From Octopus sinensis (taxonomy: Eukaryota): a stretch of DNA of 64,000 nucleotides. The DNA lies in contig NC_043010.1 in NCBI RefSeq assembly GCF_006345805.1, forward strand, positions 9,176,001 through 9,240,000, given 5' to 3'. Position numbers and translations under genes: made by a program. Shown here one piece after another: positions 11,492-23,611 of the stretch. The notes below the pieces were generated by a model, which ran no database searches, was not told the DNA's origin, and worked only from the letters and a program-made list of their open reading frames with translations. How positions within the stretch are numbered: position 1 is the first letter of the stretch; each line of letters begins with the position of its first letter.

Positions 11492-13445
11492 TTTGTTATA
11501 CAGTCATAGTCTGTTTAAGTACAGCAGTTAATAGTAATAATAAAAGACAATAGTTAAATTCAGGCATAAGTGTAAAATGCCCTGATCGATTTTGTGAAGA
11601 AACTGTACATTATAGGACAATTTCTTTGTAATTTTTGAAATCGGCGAGTAAAAATTGATCAATTTTAACAAATAGATGTGAAACAAGTTTTATGTCACAG
11701 GCCTGTGTTACCCATTTAATTTCCACACAAAATCTACCTCTAAGGTTATCTAAAATCTAAACATCAAATGTGAAGGGAGGTAACTCCAATTAGATCAGTT
11801 GAGTGAAACTTTTTGAAGAGTGTAGGCAGTATAGCTTGGAATGGATTAAACAGTTATACTTGGTTTGAGTGGTAGGATAAATCTAAATTCATTAATCCTC
11901 TTCATCATCACATTATCATCCTTATCACTTGTTATCACTTTAGTCACTACTAACATCATCACCAAGAGCTAGGATAACAAACTTTTATGTGGTCACTTGA
12001 GCTACTAAAAATAACAGCTACATCTCTCACTGGTAAAAAAATAGGTAAGGATGTAATGGAAATTGTAGTCTAATTTGCGGCAATTTCTACAATGATGGGA
12101 CGGTCATTGCTGGAATGCATTTTATCATAGGCTTGTTCAATCAGGGTTAGCCTAAAGCTAAACCACCAGCACCACCACTCTACCACTATCACTATCCCCA
12201 CTTCCCTCCACTTCTCTTCCAGTAAAGTCACCCATTTTTAAAACTACTTTCTTCTACATAATTTCCAGGGTAAAACAAGCTTAATGTATCTTTTGCTTCT
12301 CTTTTTGCATCTTGTTCCAGCATCATCAATCTTGGTGGCCTTTTATGCCAAAATCCATCCTGACCGTTTCTTCAAGCCATATTATGGTGTATGAAGAGCA
12401 TTGCATGCGACTGAAGGTAGCACACCATATTAAAATGTAATATATTTATTTAGCTTGGAAAATAAAATCATTTAGCTTATCATCGAACATTCTGATAAAA
12501 TCTAACCAAATTAGACATAGGACTTAATTTCTAATCCTCCATGGAATGGATGAAGTAGATATTCCAGCTGTCTTGCTTTGTATGGAGCCATTATAGTTTC
12601 TAAGGTAAACATTACTTGTGCTAGGTTTCAAAAGTATTCTTATATAAAAAAAAGAAGGCTCAGCTTTGGAAATGGCCTTTCTCAAGATCTCTAGGCTGTA
12701 AACCATTTGCTTTTAATGTAACCTATATAACCTTCAGCTTTAATTAATTTGTGACTGAATTCATAATAATTTAATTACAGTGTCATCCTCAATGAAGGAC
12801 TAAGTGTTATTTTTGTTACAGTTCAGTTGTAACTAATGATTAATTATCCTGGCTCAGCTATGGTTCTTTTAAACCCATGTTCAAGTTGAATTAAATAGAG
12901 TCAAAGTTCAATTGAGGCAAACTCACAACTTTGTCTCTACTCTGAGAATACTTCAAGGAATATACTTTATACTTCTTTTCTTCTTTATATAGATATGTAT
13001 AACATCTTACACTATTGAAATTTCACAAATGAATTACTTCAGAAACCAGAAAAAAAGAAAAAAATTCTGCGAACCCAAAGAATAACGATGTTACATTTCT
13101 AATCTACTGTGTTCTGTATAACTGATTACCTATTTACAATTGGTTGCATTGATCGGCATAAGGAGGGCTATACTTCAACTATGTATAAACTATCTGAAAA
13201 ATTTCAGGATCTAATTTAGAGGTCTTGAAATGGTATACATATGCTTAGGTAAAGAAATCTTTGTCCAAGAACAGATACAGCGAGTCAAAGAATATAATAA
13301 TTACATTCAGTTGATTATTGCTGTTGCTAGCTTCTAAGATCAATGGTGCTCTAGCCATGACCATCTTGTCTTATTTTCAGACACTGCATATCTCGGAAAA
13401 CCTTATCTGATGTGCACATTTTTTTTTTTGTTAGTCAGATGTGAT

Positions 13446-14074
13446 TTAACTCTTTAACATACAGATTGATCTGTCAAATGTAATGCTTATTTATTGATAT
13501 CATTTTGAATTAATCATGCTTTGTCACAAGATTTCAATGATGAAATTGTTTCTTTTTAGAATGACATTATAAGGCATAGGCAGAGGAGTGGCTGTGTGGT
13601 AAGTAGCTTGCTTACCAACCACATGGTTCTGGGTTCAGTCCCACTGCGTGGCTTCTAGGGCAAGTGTCTTCTACTATAGCCTCGGGCTGACCAAAGCCTT
13701 GTGAGTGGATTTGGTAGACGGAAACTGAAAGAAACCCGTCGTATATATGTATATATATATATATATGTGTGTGTATGTATGTGTGTATATGTTTCTGTGT
13801 CTGTGTTTGTCTTCCCAACATTGCTTGACAAACGATGCTGGCGTGTTTACGTCCCTGTAACTTAGTGGTTTGGCAAAAGAGACCGATAAAATAAGTACTA
13901 AGCTTACAAAGAATAAGTTGATTAGCTCGACTAAAGGTGGTGCTCCAGCATGGTTGCAGTCAAATGACTAAAACAAGTAAAAGAGTATGTGTGAGGTCAA
14001 ATCTGTTCTGTTTTAGCATAAAAGAGGTAGAATATTTTGACCGGACCTGGCCAGTTTTAATGCTAAAGGGTTAA
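13446..14074. mobile_element. piggyBac-like MITE (TTAA ends) interrupted by SINE A
   Basis: TTAACTCTTTAACAT ... ATGCTAAAGGGTTAA inverted ends; a related copy lies at 50570-51208. Confidence 0.6.
13579..13986 (+). mobile_element. SINE family A
   Basis: Family A head, body and tail, with a small 3' deletion. Confidence 0.9.
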
Positions 14075-15084
14075 GGTTGGTTTGTTTGCTATTTTTTGTA
14101 GTTCAAGCATTTATGTGTACACTTTATCATTGGTTCACCATTACACACAGATTAATAGAGGAATAGTTATTGTCATTGTTTAGCCCCAGGTCAGCTCTGA
14201 TCAAAGGAGTTGCTGCAATACCATCTTGCCTTCTTGGTGCATCCATCCATAACTACATTACACAATGTGTCCTTACTTCATGATGGCATAGTGTGATTTG
14301 AGAGAATTTATTTGGTATTTCCTGAAGGCTGAAAATTTGCAGAGAAGTCTCAAAGACTGCAGAGAAGACTCTTAATTATGGCGCTTAGATTGCTGCAAGG
14401 ATAAAGATCGTATAGCAATAATACAGCTGTGTTCACATTATTTTTGCAATAAATGAATTCATCCTCTAAAACGATTATCAGAAAAAAAAATATTTTCTTT
14501 CAAGGTTAACACAAAACATAAAAAAGTGTAATAAAGAAAAAAAAAAACTTTCATTAAAAACTTTTAATAAAATAATTTAAATTTTTTGTTTATTTCTTTT
14601 TCTTCACATTCTTTTTTTTTCCCCTAGATCACTCTCATGTTTTTTCTTTTTATAAATAATTTGATTGTTTCTTTTTTTTTTTGTCTTTAATACATCATTT
14701 AAACATTATTTGAAATAAATTGCGAGGAAAAAAAAAAAACAGAATTTATTTGTTTTTTTTTTGTTTTGTTTTGTTTTTTTCCTTTTTTGTTTTTAATAAT
14801 AAGATTGCGTAAACTAAACAAATGTTAATTATATTCTGAACCTGAAAAAACTGACCTATTGATATTGATGAAATGTGAATTGAAAGAGGGCACCAGAGCT
14901 TTGTCAACAACAGAGCAAATGTTTGCTGTCAATGTTTTCACAATTTTCTGTCTCAGTCATGAGAGAAAAAAAGGAAAAAAAAAAAAACACTCCCTTGAGA
15001 AATATGGTAACACATTAATTTTACATGGAACTGACTGAGTCTTAATATATATGTATAATATATTATATATAATATATAATATAT

Positions 15085-15137
<53 letters not shown>

Positions 15138-15170
15138 CTTTATTTTAAGCAGCAGAAAATTCAACAAAAT

Positions 15171-15208
15171 CTGTTACTCTGAGTTTCTCGTTGCCGTTCA
15201 TCAGACAG
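15171..15208 (-). ncRNA. Minimal hammerhead ribozyme motif (mirror copy)
   Basis: Minus strand reads CTGT-CTGATGA-ACGGCAACGA-GAAA-CTCAGAG-TA-ACAG, with a 4-bp stem I. Confidence 0.7.
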
Positions 15209-15212
15209 TTTT

Positions 15213-15249
15213 TGTCTGATGAACGGCAACGAGAAACTCAGAGTAACAG
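15213..15249 (+). ncRNA. Minimal type-I hammerhead ribozyme motif
   Basis: TGT-CTGATGA(15216-22)-A.CG.GCAA.CG.A-GAAA(15233-36)-CTC.A.GAG-TA-ACA; predicted cleavage after 15245. Confidence 0.7.
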
Positions 15250-15351
15250 ATTTTGTTGAATTTTCTGCTGCTTAAAATAAAGCATATTACTCTACCACTG
15301 GTATTTGAGTACTCTTTTTTCCACCTTGTTTCACATTTATGTGTTTACTCC

Positions 15352-15394
<43 letters not shown>

Positions 15395-15987
15395 TATATA
15401 TATATATATATATTTACACACACACACTCACACACACACATATATATACACACATGCACACACAAATTTACATCAAAGACACCGACACAGTTTCATGAAT
15501 ATGGTAACTTGGGAACTGCTGGTAATGGCTTTGTATATGATGTAAAACTGTTTCTCATTGGTAAATTCCAAGGTTGTGTAGTTGTGTTGATACTGTGAGT
15601 TCCCATTTCATTGCTGTGTAAATTTTTCTTAATACTTGGATGGTAAACATGTCTGCTACCGATGTCTGATGGGTAATTTAGTGTTTGTACAAATGAGTTT
15701 TTATCTACATTTTGAAGATGTTGAAATTTGCAGGAATAGACATCTGAAATATAGAAAAAGAGATGTAAAGATAAAGCATGTATGTTTGGATTCATGGATG
15801 GATGGATGGATGTGTGTGTGTATGTATGCGTGTGTGTATGTATGTAAGCATGCATGTATATATATATGTGTGTTTATAGTATATATATATATATATATAA
15901 ACATATATAGACATATATAAATAATGTATATATATATTTAGACACACACATATATGTAAATACATACATGCATACGTACATACATAC

Positions 15988-16036
<49 letters not shown>

Positions 16037-16922
16037 TTCAAGTGAATAAACAGTTCTGCTTAAATTTTTGTCATCATATTTACTTTTAAGAAAGCATTTT
16101 AGCAAGTGGAAATTTTCATTGCTTAAGATATTCTAATGAACAATAAACTTTTTGTTTAATAGTAACATAGGTTTTAATGTAACATAGTAACATAGGATTT
16201 AATGATTGCAAAGTCGAAACATTGTTTAATGAATGAAGTAGGCAATGAAATGTTCTTGCATCATAAGTAAGGAATTTTATCTGACTGATTGACCAAGTTA
16301 TAAATAAGCGAATAGCATGCAGGTAAACTATGATTAAAAGATGGAAATCATGATGAAGAGCAAGAATGGAGAAAACCTAACTCATAAGCAAAAATTCACA
16401 AGCATTCATAATTGGAACCATTCACTGATTGAATTTCAAAAGTCCTAAGTGAAATAAATGCTGTTTTGTCGTGAGGCTTAGACCTTAAGAATAACACTGC
16501 AACATAAGGTGTACATCAAGAAATTTGTAAAACCAAATATATATTATTGTTCTTAGAGCCAATCTGCACCTTGAATAGATTTCTCATTTATTGATGAAGA
16601 GTAGTGGTTCTTAATCTGGGCTGCAACACTTGCAGTAGGGTATTGAGAGTTTACAGGAAGAGGGTAAATATCCATGGGTACTATGAATGTTAAAAAAAAG
16701 TTTTAATATTTCTTAGAAATTTAATATTTAAAACGAGTACGATACTTATTTCAAACACATTTCCATAAACATTTTTGTTGGGATTAAAATATGAATAAGA
16801 CATTCTGTTATCAGTGAGCAGAAATGTGACTGATGATGCACTAAAGTCCAATATAATTTCTTTATAAAATTCTTTGTCTTAGTAGTAATAACCACTCAAA
16901 TTTAATATGAAAGACAACAGCT

Positions 16923-16968
<46 letters not shown>

Positions 16969-16969
16969 A

Positions 16970-17280
16970 TATATTAAATTAGAGATAAAACCACTATTAG
17001 GCAAATCATACAATGAAAAACTTAAGCCAATACATAAGATTAATAAATTTATATTATTTTAAATATATATATATCATTTTAATAATTTTGATATATATTT
17101 AAAATAATATAAATTAATTAATCTTATGTATTGGCTTAAGTTTTTCATTGTATGATTTGCCTAATAGTGGTTTTATCTCTAATTTAATATAATATAATAT
17201 TTTACTATAAAATTGGATTCAATCCTAAATCTGATTTTTCCCTGTAAGTTTGGATTTATTCCTTAATATTTTTTTATTAA
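16970..17280. repeat. About 100-bp inverted repeat with a one-sided extension, between (TA)n tracts
   Basis: 16970-17076 matches the reverse complement of 17089-17191 with 1 mismatch plus a TA-length difference; 12-bp spacer. Confidence 0.9.
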
Positions 17281-17300
17281 TTATATATATATATATATAT

Positions 17301-17382
<82 letters not shown>

Positions 17383-17385
<3 letters not shown>

Positions 17386-17727
17386 GAGGCGCAATGGTCC
17401 AGTGATTAGGGCAGCGGACTCGTGGTTGTGGGATCGCGGTTTCGATTCCCGGACTGGGCATTGTGAGTGTTTATTGAGCGAAAACACCTAAAGCTCCACG
17501 AGGCTCCGGCAGGAGGGGGGTGTTTGTGTGTGAGTTCTCTTCACTTGACCACCGGTGCTGGTTTGCTTACATCCCTGAAATTTAGCAGATTTGGCTAAAG
17601 AGACCAATAAAATAAGTATCAAACTTAAAATATTAGTACTGGAGTTGATGTGTTTGACAAACCCTTCAAGGTGGTACACTAACATGGCTGAAAACCAATG
17701 ACTAAGCTAAGTAAAAGATAAAAGATA
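17383..17727 (+). mobile_element. SINE-D head (17383-17520) abutting a degenerate SINE-A tail
   Basis: GTGGAGGCGCAATGGTCCAGTG head, then a diverged GAGACCAATAAAATAAGTA..AGTAAAAGATAAAAG tail. Confidence 0.75.
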
Positions 17728-17771
17728 CTTATGCCATTCAAACCAGGAGAAACACTAAAATTAAATTAAAA

Positions 17772-18172
17772 TCTTTATATATAAAAGTCAAGTTGTGTGT
17801 CTGTCCCCTTCGATTTAGATTCCTAACTACTCCTACATTTTGCGGTTCAGTTTAACCAAAAACCGGGTATCTTATAGTCGTGATTCATATCAAGCCCTTC
17901 TGGGTATTAGTGCGTGTCTACGATGAGTCTACGATTTTAAAAATAATTTACCATCATTTTTTTCCATTTTAATGCATTTTTTTGGAAAATTATATAAGGG
18001 AAGTAACTCTCTAAAAATGTCTACGATGAGTCAACGATTTAAAAAAAAATTTACCATCATTTTTTTCCATTTTTAATGCATTTTTTTTGCTATTTTTTGG
18101 CTATAACTCTCTAAAAATGCTTATATAGTTATTTCCCTTACAAATCCGAGCAACGCCGGGCGATACTGCTAG
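17772..18172 (+). mobile_element. Non-autonomous Helitron with a duplicated 3' region
   Basis: A|TCTTTATATATAAAA ... CCGAGCAACGCCGGGCGATACTGCTAG|T. Confidence 0.85.
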
Positions 18173-18817
18173 TTTGATATAATTTAACTTTTCTTTTCTC
18201 AATCAAGTAATCAAAAATGGTAAGAAAAAAAAACGGTAGAGATAGAACAGGATAGTCCACTACTTGATAAATCCCTCTTCATGTTTGAACAATTTAAGAT
18301 CTGTTATCATAGTTGTGTAAACTTGAAGCTGATTGGATACTTGGTCGGTTTTAATATTCATTTTTGTCAGCTGTGTGTACTGTATTAAAATGAAAGTAAA
18401 GTATATGGCTAAAGAATACAAGGAAATTCTTGAATGAGGAGTCAAAGCTATAATCTCATGATTGAAAACCAGTGGCCTAACCACTAGGGCATACATGATC
18501 ATAATCAAGCAATGAAGCTGATTGTCCTAGTAATTGATGTAGTGAATGAAAGTGTAATAGACAAGTGTGATAAACATTGGTAGTTACATGACATTTAAGG
18601 ATCATAAGTATCTATAATGAGCTCTACTCAGCTGAGAGGTTTAAGAATTTGGGGTTATGATGTTCATGCCTTTTGTAAGTAGCATTATTAGAATATTTCA
18701 AGTAATCAGAAATTAGAATTCAACAAGAGTTAAAACTTCTGTTCCTTTGAAGAATGCCAACAATGTGAAAATGTCTTGATACATGTGCACACACCCTTAT
18801 AAATATATGTATAAATA

Positions 18818-19013
18818 TATACACTCACACCCTTGATCGCTAGCCACTACACATTCGTTATTTTCTCTCCTTGCTTCTTTTTGTGTTCCTTTCTGTGGAA
18901 GAGCGTAGGCTCGAACGTTAAAGACTTTTTCATTTCCTGAGAGTTATACTAATACATCTGTTTGTTGTCTACATCACCCGTCTTCATCTTTTGTTTTTTG
19001 GTGAACTCTACCT
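18818..19013 (+). mobile_element. Probable Penelope-like pLTR fragment with a degenerate hammerhead-like motif
   Basis: Flanked by (TA)n; contains TGGAA-GAGC.GTAG.GCTC-GAACGTTA. Confidence 0.45.
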
Positions 19014-19034
19014 ATATATATATATATATATATG

Positions 19035-19295
19035 CATACTGCCTGGCGTCGGACGGTGAGGAAAGGCGTTTCCATGGCTGAGGAGAGGAGAGCACAGCTG
19101 TGGTTGGACAGGCGGGACAGGAGGAGGACAACTGCAGCAACACCCCACACGTACCCATTGATGTTCGTGTGCAGCAACTGTACTAAGGACTGCCACTCTA
19201 GAATTGGACTGTTCAGTCACAGCAGACGCTGCACATCATCAAAGTAGGCCCCACCCTTGGCGCAACCCATTGTCTATCAAGACAGACGGGGAAGA
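19035..19295 (+). mobile_element. RTE-clade LINE 3' end
   Basis: Translation [31 protein letters not shown] is a typical RTE C-terminal zinc-finger motif. Confidence 0.8.
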
Positions 19296-19369
19296 AAAAA
19301 AAAATATATACATATATACATACACATACACACACATATATATATATATATACATATATACATACACAT

Positions 19370-19416
<47 letters not shown>

Positions 19417-20021
19417 TACATACACATACACACATACACACACACACACATATATATATACATATATATATATATATACATATATTGTTGGAGGGTTTGA
19501 CCAGATGTGGTCATCCACAGGGCTATATCATGCTCCATGTCAGGTTTGGCATGGTTCCTAAGGCTGGATGTCCTTCCTAACAGCAGTTACTTAACAGTAA
19601 CTGTTGGGATTACCAAATAACTTGCAAGAGAGGAAAGGCAAGGAAAGGGAAAATGTTGTTTAAGGAAAAGGCCTGCTTGACCAAAATGTGGTGGTATATG
19701 AGAGGGTGAAGAGTTGATTTTTATGTCACAGACAAGCAGGTATCTTGCTATACAGAAGATACATGGCCACCCCACAGTTATATAATGGTGAGAGGGAATA
19801 TTCAGGTAAAAGGTGAGATGGTAGTGATTGGATGCCAGAGTAAAACCCTCCAGAAGCAAGAGATGTCCAGAGGCAACATACACGCAAACACACAGACACA
19901 CAGACACAGACACATACACCCCCACCCCCACCACTACCACCACCAGCACGCACACATATCACATATACATACATACATACATACATACATACATACATAC
20001 ATGCATACATACATACACACA

Positions 20022-20049
<28 letters not shown>

Positions 20050-20052
<3 letters not shown>

Positions 20053-20275
20053 TATGGCTGCCCCCTCGTTATCGAGTATGGCCATTGCACAAAGTTTAAC
20101 TGTTACAGGTGTTGTGATCGAATGTGACTTTTTAGTCCAGCTAAAGATCCACAATGTCTTGTACAAAATTGGCAACTAAAACCTTTACTGGTAATAGCCG
20201 GCTGTAGTTGTAACTGGGCTTCATGTACCTTTGCATTTCGTTTAAGTCCTCCTGCCGAATTACACTCTCTTCCAT
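20050..20275 (-). mobile_element. RTE-like LINE 3' end
   Basis: [40 protein letters not shown]. Confidence 0.65.
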
Positions 20276-20386
20276 ACATACATACATATATACATACATA
20301 CATACATACATACATACATACATACATACATACATACATACACACATACATACACACATACATACATACATACATACATACATACA

Positions 20387-20449
<63 letters not shown>

Positions 20450-21116
20450 CATATATGGATATATTTAAATAATAAGGGTAAAAAATTGAATATTAATTTG
20501 ATTATCAATTTAAACCTGTGGCCTAGCATACTGAAAAAAATCAAAAGATTCAGAAAAATTATATTACATACATCTAAGAGGGATGAGATTGTACATCTAA
20601 GAAGAGATTGTTCTCAATCTTATCTTAGTTGTTAGACAATATGGGGTCTACATCTAGCATAATGGATGTCCACTTAGTGGTCATCCCTCTTATATGTATA
20701 TATATGGACATAGATAGATGGAGAGATAGATAGATACATAAACTGATAGATATATACATACATATATACACATACATACATACGTACATACATGCATACA
20801 TACACACACACACACACATACATACATATATACACATACATACATACATACATACATACATACATACATACATACATACATACTTAGAGTTAGAGATACA
20901 TATAAATATTTACTGATGATAAAGATCAGATGTTTTTTCGATACATGTGAATGAACTCTAGAATTAATTTATTCTTAATGTCTTTCATTTATCTCCCTTT
21001 GTTTTGGGGAGATGTTAAAATTTCATGACATATTTTTTGCATTTCATCTTTTGCTCTGTTGCTCAGAATGAAATTTCAGAAAATAATTTTATTGTGTGTA
21101 GCATTTAGTTTATGAC

Positions 21117-21325
21117 ACTCTTTACTCTTTTACTCTTTTACTTGTTTCAGTCATTTGACTGCGGCCGTGCTGGAGCACCGCCTTTAGTCAAGCAAATCGA
21201 CCCCGGGACTTATTCTTTGTAAGCCCAGTACTTATTATGTCAGTCTCTTTTGCCGAACCGCTAAGTGACGGGGATGTAAACACACCAGCATTGGTTGTCA
21301 AGCAATGCTAGGGGGACAAACACAA

Positions 21326-21358
<33 letters not shown>

Positions 21359-21516
21359 CATATATATGACAGGCTTCTTTCAGTTTCCGTCTACCAAATC
21401 CACTCACAAGGCATTGGTCGGCCCGGGGCTATAGCAGAAGACACTTGCCCAAGATGCCACGCAGTGGGACTGAACCTGGAACCATGTGGTTGGTTAGCAA
21501 GCTACTTACCACACAG
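21117..21516 (-). mobile_element. SINE family A, slightly 5'-truncated
   Basis: Reverse complement of the family consensus; lacks the first ~14 nt. Confidence 0.9.
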
Positions 21517-21654
21517 GAAATAAATTATGTAAATTCATGATACTGACCAGTCTCAGTTTCTTCCTCTTAGCTTCTTTTTTAATATTGAATTACGGAAAAA
21601 AAAAATTCTGTTTTTCTATTCAGTTGTGTAGACACAAGCAAAATTGTTTTAGAT

Positions 21655-22072
21655 ACAGACATGGGTGTATGGTTAAGAAGCTTGCTTTACTACCATGTGG
21701 TTTTGGGTTCAATTCCACAGCATGTAACCTCAGGCAAGTATCTTCTACTACAGCTGTGAGCTGATCAATGCCTCATGAGCAAATTTAGTGGATAGAAATT
21801 ATGCAGATGTCCATCTAATGATGGTATGTATGTGTGTATATATGTGTATATATATATATGTATGTGTGTGTGTGTGTGTGTGAGTATCCCCCCTCTTGAC
21901 AACTGCTATTCGTTTGTTTACTTAGTGCTTTCATAAATGAGACCAATAGGATAAGTAGTGGACTTATATCTAAGTACTGGTGTCAATTTGTTTGGCTAAA
22001 ACAATCCCTGAAGGCAATACCCCAGCATGGACACAGTCCAATGACTGAAATAAGTAAAAGATAGAAGATAAA
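21655..22072 (+). mobile_element. Old, diverged SINE-A-related copy
   Basis: GGTGTATGGTTAAGAAGCTTG..GGGTTCAATTCC..GGCAAGTATCTTCTACTA head; CAGCATGGACACAGTC..AGTAAAAGATAG tail. Confidence 0.7.
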
Positions 22073-22107
22073 TAACAATGTTAATTCCATATATGTATAT
22101 ATGTATA

Positions 22108-22625
22108 TCTATATATATAAAACTGTAGTTGTGTGAGTGTCTGTCTCCTACGATTTAGATTCCTTACTCCTCCCACATTTTGCGGTGCAGTTTAACCAAA
22201 TTCGGGTATCTTATAGTCGTGATTCATATCGAGCCCGTCTGGCTATTAGCGCGCGTCTACGATGAGTCTACGATTTTAAAAATAATTTAACATCATTTTT
22301 TTATTCCATTTTAATGCATAATTTTTCGTGTGTCGATGGCGGCGGAGTTGGCGTCCACGCTCACACACCTGCACCTGTGTTTGCTTCTCCCCCTTCTTCC
22401 CTCCCTCGTGAAGCTGTGGGGAAGGGAGTGTAAGGAAATCAACGTCGTAATGCGTTGTCAAGGAGACCAGCGTTCTTTTAGAACAACGACTTCATGGCTT
22501 GAAGACACCAAAACAGAAATGGCTAAGAAAGCCCGAATTGGCATCTATAAGGGAAGTAACTCTCTAAAAATGCTTATATAGTTATTTCCCTTACAAACCC
22601 GAGCAACGCCGGGCGATACTGCTAG
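22108..22625 (+). mobile_element. Non-autonomous Helitron carrying an extra ~220-bp GC-richer segment
   Basis: A|TC start and CTAG|T end; CCCG..CGGG subterminal hairpin; 14-bp stem at 22548-22561/22580-22593. Confidence 0.85.
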
Positions 22626-22703
22626 TATATGTATATATATATATGTGTGTATACATATATCTATATATATATATCTGTATATATATATATATAATATATA
22701 TAT

Positions 22704-22734
<31 letters not shown>

Positions 22735-22901
22735 ATATATATATATATATAATATATATATTATATATATATATACACACACATACATACATACATATAT
22801 ACATATATATGAAAAAATACAAAAATAGGACAATAACGCAAAATATCCAGACAGATGATATTCTAACAATAATATTCATTATATTTCATAATAAATCCTA
22901 T

Positions 22902-23124
22902 CTGGAACATGGAACTTCCTCAGAGTGAAGAAAAATACACACATAAAAGAAGAGAAAAGAAAAGAAGAAGAGCCTTGAGAGGAAAAGGAAATGTCCCAAA
23001 GTGACACATAAGCAAAATGGTATGATTTAAACATATTAAGACTTTCCTTTTCCTCTCGAGGCTCTTCTTTCCTTTTCATTTATGTATGTATTTTTCTTCA
23101 CTCTGTTGAAGCTCCATGTTCCAG
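22902..23124. repeat. Imperfect fold-back (MITE-like), ~85-bp arms
   Basis: 22902-22991 is similar to the reverse complement of 23043-23124; ~50-bp spacer. Confidence 0.8.
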
Positions 23125-23611
23125 CTTGGAATTAGTACCAAATAGGAGGAATATTTTCTTTAGAATATCAATGGCAATACCATATTACATTGGAAGCAGA
23201 AACAGCTGTTAGATGGGATACAGTCTATTTGTATTGAATTAAAAAATAACAATTGATCAGTATTTCTCCAGAAAATCCCAGTTTCACAACAATGAAACTA
23301 TTGTGTGGGTGTAGCAAAGAGTTAAATATAACTGAAATTATAATCGAAAGAAATATCTTAAAGTATTTCAAAGATATATATGTACATGAATGGTAGAGAG
23401 ATTGAATTAAAAAAAGTTGCAAAATTTGTTGGAAAGATGGTGGATAATCTTATGGACTTCTGCCAAATCACACTACCAAATGTCCAAGCTTTAGTGTGTC
23501 AATGCTCCCAAAAGTAAAACATTCAAAACACAGTAAGTGACTACAAAGAGATTTTTTCAACTGCATGTCTCCAAGTAGCTTAACACTGAATCAATATTCT
23601 AGACAAAATGA

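Larger units (their letters stand above)
15138..15353. mobile_element. Penelope-like pLTR fragment forming a perfect 70-bp inverted repeat, inserted in (TA)n
   Basis: 15138-15207 is the exact reverse complement of 15213-15282, with a GTTTT spacer. One arm extends to 15353. A related copy lies at 25237. Contains hammerhead motifs. Confidence 0.75.
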
